The notes under the pieces: generated by a model
Databases searched by the model: none
The model's input: the letters and a program-made list of their open reading frames with translations, nothing else
What the model was told of the DNA's origin: nothing
Source: Cyanophora paradoxa CCMP329
Lineage: Eukaryota; Plantae; Glaucophyta
Length of the DNA stretch: 18,556 nt
Assembly (NCBI GenBank): GCA_004431415.1
Contig: QPMI01000635.1
Span: forward strand, 1 to 18,556
Reading direction: 5' to 3'
In this document: piece by piece, positions 1 through 8,438 of the stretch
Numbering within the stretch: position 1 is the stretch's first letter
How the letters are laid out: every line of letters starts with the position of its first letter
Translations under genes and position numbers: made by a program

Positions 1-2271
1 TCCGAAAAAGCGATTCGCACTGCTGTACGATGTTTTCATCTCAAGCCAAATGGGTTGCCCAAGTGCGTCCCAAATGGCCTGAAGATATACCATAAAATTG
101 ATACGAATAAAAGGAGACGAGCATTGTGAATGAAGACTCGTGGATTCTTTTCGTCGCGCCTTCCGAGGAAAGAGAAACCTGAGCGTGGTTGGGCGTTTTG
201 CAATGGAAACTGAATGGAAATCTGAACTGAATGGTGAATGCAAATCCGAACCATGCGTGATGGCCACGCAATCAACGCCCACAGGAAGCGCAGTGTCGTA
301 GCTGTTTTCTCGGAGCTTCGCGAAGAGTGCAAGAAGAGCTTCACGCTGCCGACACGGATTTCATCAAAAAAAATGAATCCGGTCATAAGGACATGAAGAA
401 AGCGAACAGCCATCGCGGATGACTGGTGTCTGCGGCTCTGATATTCAACGGTCCCAATCAGAAGCGCACTGAAGCCCCAGCGTTGCCTTGAAGTCTACAG
501 GGACTTGTGGACGGCCGCCGAAGATCGTGTTCGAGACGTCTGATTGTTTTTTGTCATGCGCACGTATGTTGGTCATGTTTTGATCATGTGCGTGTGTAAT
601 TCGAAAAACGCACCAAAGACTCTCATGATATCGTCGACAAGAGTCTGTACTTGAAGAGGCCAAAGCTCCTCTGGATCGTTCGCAGGCTGCCTGAGAACCG
701 ATGCTGTTTGTGAGAGCGTAAGTTCTTCAACGTGCGATTGCAAACAGCAATCGAGTTCACCCCACGCATTGGCGTTACTGCGACCGCCCGAAAGGCGGTG
801 CGCAGCGAGACCGCGTATGAGTTCTCCTTCTCCGACCCCTCGCGGTCGGATCCATCGTTTTTGTTCTCATCGTTCTTCTGAAGGATTGCTGTCGTCGATC
901 TGCCGACTGTATTCACGCTCTGATTCTTCAGAATCTGCGCTTCCCATCAGTTTGCGATAGCAATACACAACAGCAGGACCACATTTCGAGCAAGGGAAGC
1001 AGCGTTCGCCAAAAGCGTCATCGGCTTCCACAAAATCAGAGGCGTAACCGGTGAAGAAGAAATTGCAGACACAAAGAAAGACAGCACCTTCAGAGGACCT
1101 CCTTTATCAGCAGTCTGAGGGCAAAGCACCGACCAGATTTTCAGGACCGGGCAGCATCGATATTCGAATGGTGAAACAACGGGAAATCACCTTCAACGAA
1201 GGAACTGCCGCTGGAATATTTTCGCCAGAGACGGTTGCTGCCTGAAAGCAACAGCAACGGCAAAGGTTTCAGCACTCGGGCATCAGCATTCGAACGCTCG
1301 AATTGCTGAAGAACACCGTTTTGAAGCGGCCGCCAGAGGAGTTTCCGGCCTGAACATGTGAGGAGAGCTCTTAGCATCGGCTGTCAAGTCCATAAAGCGC
1401 TGGGATGCATGCACACCGCTGGAACTGGAACGGGTTCTCCGCCTTTGCTTCGGTTTCCACAGTTCGGGACCTTTCCAATAGCTGCACATGTAGTGTAAGC
1501 TGTTATACTAGCGGGGACGAGTAAGACTGCGTACATTCAACGCAAGTATTTCTGGCCAGAGTGCATCTCCTCGCCGCTTCTTGATTTTCTGCCAGAAGAG
1601 CATCAAAATTTGAAGGATCAATATCAACATCGTCTGCCAGCAAGTCACAGGAGCTGTACAGGGAATCAACCTTTCGCAACACAGCTTCGTATTTGCAAAA
1701 TGAATGCGCACGTGATTGAGGCCAAGCGTAGATCGATGTCGCGAACCTCCTGAGCAGCAGCATGAAGCTCTCTTACGCTCTTCATCGCGTCTCCGAGAAC
1801 AGGCGGAATGACAATTTTGCTCGATATCGGTAACACTTCGTTGGCTTCTTCGACTGCAGCTAGAAAAGCTCGTTCGACGTTAAAAAACCTGATTGGAACC
1901 ACGCCCGTTGGTCTAATTGCGACGATTGCATAGAAGGGAACCTAACGTGGGCGCACGTTGTCGTATCATAGTTCATGTGCACGGCCGGAGGTTCTGCACG
2001 TCCACAATCTCTGTGGAGCTAATGAAACGATTGCAACAGCGGCATATCCACAGCGTACGCGTACACATAGACCTTGTGGAGCTCATTGAACAACGCAGTC
2101 CTCCACTTGAAGACATTTGCTTTTCGTGCTACGATTACTGCGCAGGCTTGGTACCGCGGAAAAGCGCACCATAGTACAAGCATGCGCACCATTTGCACCG
2201 CTAGCTTCCGCTGGGGTCGCCGGTAACGCATGCACGCCACTAGTGCTCACTGGCGGCCGCGGGCTGGCCAT
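1..2271 (-). CDS. Multi-exon hypothetical protein, 3'-truncated by the window edge
   Basis: ATG at 2271 (MASPRPPVSTSG...). Regularly spaced GT..AG introns on the minus strand join protein-like exons: VIVARKANVFKWRTALFNELHKVYV, FFNVERAFLAAVEEANEVLP..., SCDLLADDVDIDPSNFDALLAENQE, PANDPEELWPLQVQTLVDDIMRVF. No family recognised, and several frameshifts are needed. Confidence 0.6.
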
Positions 2272-2451
2272 TGGGGCAGTCAACTCTGCGAACAGCGCTA
2301 AGTGACATTCTGTTGCTGTCTCATTGCTGCCTAGGAGCGCATCTCATCGCCTAGGTGCGCATCTCATCGCGTCGCTGTACCGGGCTTCGGAAAACTCCGA
2401 TCGCACTACAGCAAGACTAAGCACACTCAGAAGAGCTCAAGATGCTTACGG
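2272..2451. promoter_or_regulatory. Putative bidirectional promoter containing a 20-bp tandem repeat
   Basis: A 180-bp gap between divergent ATGs (2271 minus, 2452 plus). CTAGGAGCGCATCTCATCGC (2331-2350) is followed by CTAGGTGCGCATCTCATCGC (2351-2370), 19/20 identical. Confidence 0.5.
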
Positions 2452-5400
2452 ATGGTCGAGATGCTCCACGCCGATGTTTTCAAACTGCGCCGTGTACCCC
2501 CCGGGGGGGGAAGAACCTGGAGCAGCGGTGCGAACCACGCCATGCAGCGGTCAGAGCGACTGCGGTGCGAATGTCAGAAGTGTCAAGGCAAGTTAGTGCG
2601 TCCTGAGGTTTTCAATGCACATCAACTGCTAGCGCACACCGGATTCAGTAGCAGCGATCGGCAAGTCGAGTGCCCTTGCTCGCGCTGCAATGGAAAGCGC
2701 GTCTCGTCTTGGGTGCAAAGGATACATTTGCACCTAGACAAATATGGATCCAGTCTAGTAGAGCAAGCTGCCCGGAGAGCTCCTGTAAGCGATTTCGTTC
2801 CTTTCGTAGCCGAAGTTCTTGACGTACCGATCCCGACAATTTCGGTTCGAGCGGCACTAAGAAGACGACGATTAGCAGCCCCGGCAGCACTTCAAGGCAA
2901 CGAGCGACAAACAGATTCCAATTCGAAGCGCAAACGTGTCAACAATAAAGCCGCTCGTATGCTGCGAAGGCTGGGTAGATATACTGATCGTATTGGTCCT
3001 CAAGAAAACGGCAATGAACCTGGACATGAATCCAATATCGTCGATGGCATCGATGGCGATGATCATGCTCATGAGGCTTTCGACGACCCAGCCGCAGAGG
3101 AAGGCCAAGCGGACGACATACGTGCAGACCCAGCTAGGGCGGATCAAGTGGATTATGGCCTAGAGTCGGATCAGGACGCAGCGCTCGACGGCTCAGATGA
3201 TGAATGCACTACCAACAGGCAGAATTTTTATTCTGAGCCTCTTTTTGAGGGCTGTAAAGTGTCGGTGCGTGCTGGAGCATTCAATACATTGCTTGATATT
3301 GGCTGTATTGGCTTTTTAACTGTTCTCTAGCGCATGGATTACATCACTTTTTGCCTCGCATTGAAGAAACGCTTTACACAAGCACCTGTTGAGATGTTTG
3401 CATCAATCAACGCGGCTGTGTCTCTCATCATTGAGGGCCAACAAACTGCAACGAGGCAGCTCGGGTCTTGGAAGAGAATGATTAGAGAAATCCAAGAATT
3501 CGTAGCGGTAAATAATCAACCACTTTCAATTTTCGTGTTCGAAACGTTAACATTTCCCTGCTCAGCCTTCCATCACTTTCAGGACATGTGGGTATAAAGA
3601 GACAAAGCACAAGGTGGCGATTTGCAAGACAGTCTGGATCGAAGACGGAACTGTTCCTCCAAATACAGTCTGCGAGTGTGGCCATTCAACCTATGCCGAT
3701 GGTGTGGTGGGCTTCTTTTTTGATCCGACCCGGAGTTTTCAGCAGCTACTGAACAGTCCTTCGTATTATCCCGGTTCCAGTGCGCTTGATTTCGATTCTG
3801 TCGGTGCGGCCACGGCTGATTCAAATTTACACAACGGCGTCCAGTTACGGCGTTCGAGCAATACAGATTGGGGGCGATCGTGTTCCAGATTACTATTTGC
3901 GGTCGCAAGAATCCGAAACCCAACATCTCACTGGCGACTTTGTTCAATCAAGACTTTTCTCTTCTCTTCACGAGGAGGGCTGTGTGCGAATTTCGGACGG
4001 TCTTGGAGTTGTGTGCGCATACTCTACAGATTCCGCAGTGACGCACAGCTGGTCATTTCCACACCTACAGCTTATTCTGAAAACTGGACTCTAATGTCGT
4101 GTTTCTAGGTCCCACGGCGGCTCTTTCACCCCTGTGTTTGTGATACCTATGTCTGCGCATCCTAATTGGCGGTGCGTGATCATTATCTCGCTTTCCGCTT
4201 TTTCGCCACTTGTCTCACCCCGTTTCGCTCAGAACAGCAATGCAACGCCTTGTTTTTCTCATGGATGGGAAGCCGAGAAACTTCGATGGAATGTTCCGCG
4301 TATTCCTTACACCGTGGCTTGTTGCCAACCAGCCGCCGCCCCAGGAGTCCCCGCTCCCGAAAGCCAAGGGTTTGCATGCCTTATAATCTGTCTCTTTCTT
4401 TCAATCATTCAATACCGTTGAGCAGAGTGGGGTTTTGCAATCCTCTCACCGGCAAAACTGACAAAGCATATTTCACAATGGCTCTCAATATCGATGACCT
4501 CCCCGGATGCGCAACGGCATTTATGATAAGTTCGCGTAACGCATCCTTGCGCGGCTTTGTATTCCGGGACAGAAACCTAAACTTTCTGCCAGCGTCGCAC
4601 AGTGGCGAGCACGGCCATCCGCTTCGGAAGGTGGATTTCTGGAAGCGCAGAGCAAAACCGCCGGGAAAAACATGTTTCAAGCACACGATCTCCCGCTCAA
4701 ACACTGGATGCGGGAGTTGTGCGTACTGACCAAGGATCATGATAGACCCCCATCTGCCCGAACGGACTACTGCATGGTGCTCGAGCCGACGGACTGAAAC
4801 GTTCCCACTGCAGCTGTTCTGACACCCTTCGGTACAGCGAGCCGACGGACATGCTGTAGAGATCCAACGCCAAAGATGGTTTCGGAAAGAGATTACGCAA
4901 CAGCTTTTGTTCAATTTGTGAAAACGAAAACCTTCGGTAAAACCTTTTAGAATGGATATAATGAACATCCTTCGAACGCGCCGTCCATTGAATTGTCTCT
5001 GACCAGGCGTTCAAGCTTGCCGACTTTAGCGGAATGGCCACACTTTCGGCTCGGCCCCCTATGCGACTTCAGCTGGAGAGCGACTGGGAGTTCCTGCGGC
5101 ATGGCGAGCTGAATTTCGACATGGGTGTTGAACCGTTCAGGGGCGGCATACTGACGAATTCCACCTCGTCAAAAACCGTCTGGCGGATGTCTTCAACTAT
5201 CTTCGCGGCAACGCGAATAATGGTGATAAGCTCAGTCCTACCTCGATTCAGTGTGTCGTTGCATCTTCCAACTTCCATTCGTGGTTGATTTGCAACGTAC
5301 AACACTAACTTAATTACTTTTCGTCAATGCGAAGGTTAAGCATCAACATGGATGTTCTTGTCCTTTACAGGGCGCCAAGCGAAGCGAAATACGCTGCGCA

Positions 5401-7538
5401 GAGCAAAAGATGGAAAAGGATCGGCGACTTTTCGAAGCAGCTCTCCGAAATGGCAAGCCTCCTCCACGCCAGCCAGTCGACCTTGTCGCGGAACTCGAAG
5501 ATAACGCGCCGTTTGCCTGGGAAGCCACTGAACGGCTGTACGATGCTATCGAGCGTGTTGCAAGGCGCGCACGATATCCGCACTTTTCAGGGAACAACGG
5601 TAAGAATTAAATTCGCCAGACCCAATTTAAGTGAAGTTCGCAATTACAATCGAGAAGAGCGAACTTTGATGTTTATAATTAGACTAGCAGAGTAACATGT
5701 GTGCAGATGGACGAACCGTCGTTTTTACGGACTGGACGAAACTTTCAAAAGTTCGCTATTGCAGACGTGGCAGGCGACATTCTTCGCATGTGTCTTGATG
5801 CGGATATGGATAAACAGAATTGCCTCTATCGATCCTCGTAATCAATCAACTGACGTCCTGCACGGCATTGGATCGAAGGTAACGTTGAGAAAGCAAAGGC
5901 TCCGACACGTCCGTGACGTTGTAACAGATTGTTTATCCGGACTTCTTGCTTGAACTCCGCAAACTAGCAGTTCTTACAAGGGGTGCCGAACGTCACTACG
6001 TACCCGTGCCGTTCTGGACAATGTATGCAGCTCTCGTTGTTGATGCGTGCGCGAACCATTGGCTGTAGCTTGCCTGCAATCGGCTTAAATGTGCGAAGAG
6101 TGGACGGATGCATCGAGCTGGGGCCGGCGCCAGCAGTTTCTTCCCGTGGAACGGAGCGGGGCGGTCACAATGTGAAAGTTACTGCAGGATCGGGGCACAA
6201 TATCTCTGATAACGAGTGCGGCCCGACGAACGCAGGCAAGTTGTGAAAATATCTATTGCAATGCATATTGAATTTCGGTATTGGAGACGTTTGAACGGAT
6301 TTTGTTTGCAGAAATGGGAGCCCTTGCCGTCCTGCAGCATGCAACAAGCGAGTTCTTGAACAAATTCCACACCTTTTGACACGGAAAAGCGGTGCCATTC
6401 GGAAGGCAAACGTGGCTACAGCTACGATATTCACACAGCTGGCGTCGAATACAGTAAGAAAACCAACCAGAGCTGGGGTTCATTCTTGAAGGAAGGTTCG
6501 AAATTCGAATTCGCAATTGCCGCGCCAGCTGCAGATCTAGGTCTAGATCTGCCACATTGATGACAAACTCGCATTAATTCTGCACAGTGATGACAATCAC
6601 GATGAAGAGTACGGTGGCTTAATCTCTTCGTTTGCGAGCGGAGGAGCTGTTCGGAAATCCCCCGTATCTGGCCGTTTTCTTCGACCTCTACGTTGACGAG
6701 CGAGAGCGATTCATAGAGACTAAAGGCACCTGGTTCGAACCATCCGGATATCGATCCGCCCCTTGTTTGTTTCTTCGTGATCATGATCAGCATGCGCACC
6801 AGGCCGAGCTGGGAATACACGATAGAACCTGTATTGCCGGAGGCTGGGCCTGGCGTCGATGGATCCGCACTTCTCCAGCATGCCTCGAGAATGGATTGGC
6901 GTCCCACTCGAAAGGGAACTATGTATCCTTGCTTTTACGCCAACCACCACCTGTTCATTCCAGCGAACTCTCAACCGACAAGCACGACAGCTCATTATGT
7001 CCTTTATCGCGATGGTTCCCCGACGGCAGCTCTGCGACGAGGGGGGCCATCCTACCCTATCATTCCCCTCGGGCGAATGGGTTACCTCAGCGCCGAGGAG
7101 ATCCAAGCGCATCCTGACCGGCGAGAGCCGGTCCGGCGCATGCTCGTGCCAGAGGCCTTTCGAGTTCGCCCACGCAAAGGCACCGGGGGTGCGTTTCGCA
7201 TCATTCGAGCTGCGGTCTACCCCTTCTCAGCTTGCTCGTTTATGCCCAACTTGAACTGCGACCGAATCGACATCACCAAAGAGGACCCTCTCTGTCGTTG
7301 GTGTGGCTGACACCATCGAGCCTTGGCGCCTGATGCCTCTCCCGACCACACATCGTCGCAATTCGAGCGTGTGCTCCCTAACCCAACAATCGATCACCTT
7401 ATCAGAGCTCAGCAGTGCTTCCCAGATAAGGGAGAGGTTAGGAACTTTCTTGGCGAGCGGCTGCCGTTCACGTCCCTGCGTAAACGTAGCCTACAGCTGC
7501 ATGCGCAAGACGTATTTATGCAAATAATTAGCTTGTAA
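2452..7538 (+). CDS. CACTA/EnSpm superfamily DDE transposase (Tnp2/TnpD-like), multi-exon
   Basis: Spliced motifs are colinear with CACTA TnpD. CPCSRCNG..HL..YG matches the transposase-associated Zn motif. PLFEGCKVS|RMDYITFCLALK spans intron 3265-3330. VCECGHSTY..FFDPTRSFQQLL follows intron 3508-3565. YSTDSA..SFTPVFVIPMSAHPNWR holds D1 at ~4029 (intron 4052-4108) and resembles LSTDG..SxWPV..NLPPxxR. YFTMALNIDDLPG holds D2 at ~4495 and resembles LLWTINDFPA. AHDLPLKHWMR resembles HRRFLPxxHPxR. RHTDEFHLVKN resembles RHxLDVMHIEKN. Also APFAW..RYPH and FKSSLLQTW. ELGPAPAVSSRGTERGGHNVK holds the catalytic E at ~6153 and resembles GP..FERxxGxLK. Several homopolymer indel corrections are needed. Structure beyond ~6500 and the stop codon are uncertain. 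Confidence 0.88.
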
Positions 7539-7566
7539 CAAATTTATTATTTCTTGTGGCTGCGGC

Positions 7567-7818
7567 ATGCAGCCGCAGAGCCTCGGAGGCCCGGGCCTTT
7601 CGGATCCGGTCCTGGTGATAAAGCACACAATCATGATTCTTCTGATCATGAGCCCTTCGAGCTCGTGATCATGAAGCCTCAGGCTCGGTACCAGGGCGAC
7701 TCGGCGAGCTCGACGCATGGCCAGTCATGATCAAAAAGCTCGTGTCTCGTAGCAAGCAACCCTCCGGGCCCAGCCTAGAAGACACACGGCGCTGATGATG
7801 GGAGCTCGAGCCTCGAGA
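7567..7818 (+). repeat. ~250-bp direct repeat, copy 1 (rich in palindromic hexamers)
   Basis: ATGCAGCCGCAGAGCCTCGG...GGGAGCTCGAGCCTCGAGA aligns end to end with 7992-8240, with one substitution and a few 1-bp indels. Confidence 0.95.
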
Positions 7819-7991
7819 AAGCCTCAGGCCTCTTTGAGGCCCAGGGGACATGCGCTGGTCATAGACTCTAGATCTGAGAGCCTCGGAGCTCGAGCTTGTG
7901 ATCATGTGCATCGGATCATGACGCCGCTGAGCCTCATGGGCTCAGGCCTCGGCAGCTCCCTTTGAGGCTCCGGATCCCTGATCATGACTTA

Positions 7992-8240
7992 ATGCAGCCG
8001 CAGAGCCTCGGAGGCCCGGGCCTTTCGGATCCGGTCCTGGTGATAAAGCACACAATCATGATTCTTCTGATCATGAGCCCATCGAGCTCGTGATCATGAA
8101 GCCTCAGGCCTCGGTACCAGGGCGACTCGGCGAGCTCGCGCATGGCAGTCATGATCAAAAGCTCGTGTCTCGTAGCAAGCAACCCTCCGGGCCAGCCTAG
8201 AAGACACACGGCGCTGATGATGGGAGCTCGAGCCTCGAGA
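7992..8240 (+). repeat. ~250-bp direct repeat, copy 2
   Basis: Near-identical to 7567-7818. The 7819-7991 spacer is built from the same short words (GAGCTC, GATCATGA, GAGCCTC). Confidence 0.95.
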
Positions 8241-8338
8241 TCCGCATGATGGGCCGGAGCCACTAGGACGATTAATATTTAATTATGCCTCTGTCCCCTC
8301 ATGATCAGCGAGGACGGCTTATGCACATGATGATCATG

Positions 8339-8365
8339 ACGTGCGTGCATGCGCGTGCACGTGTG
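8339..8365. other. 27-nt perfect purine-pyrimidine alternation (potential Z-DNA)
   Basis: ACGTGCGTGCATGCGCGTGCACGTGTG is strictly RY-alternating. Confidence 0.6.
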
Positions 8366-8438
8366 AATGCCTGCAGGCGCAGTTGCTTCCTCATCAATTC
8401 AAATCTATTACTTCCTAATTCCTCAAAAAGCTACTCTC

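Noticed and set aside
2404-2416. CACTACAGCAAGA, resembling the plant CACTA TIR, 48 bp upstream of the transposase ATG
   Set aside because: I found no inverted partner (TCTTGCTGTAGTG) in the window, there are no subterminal repeats nearby, and there is little room for a promoter. Probably chance, though not fully excluded.
4405-5583. Long minus-strand ORFs such as 4405-4968 (187 aa)
   Set aside because: They are antisense shadows of transposase exons. The splice signals and conserved motifs are on the plus strand.
7491-8263. Minus-strand ORFs 7491-7718, 7669-7911 and 7982-8263
   Set aside because: They are translations of the palindrome-rich repeat and their frames are not preserved between copies.
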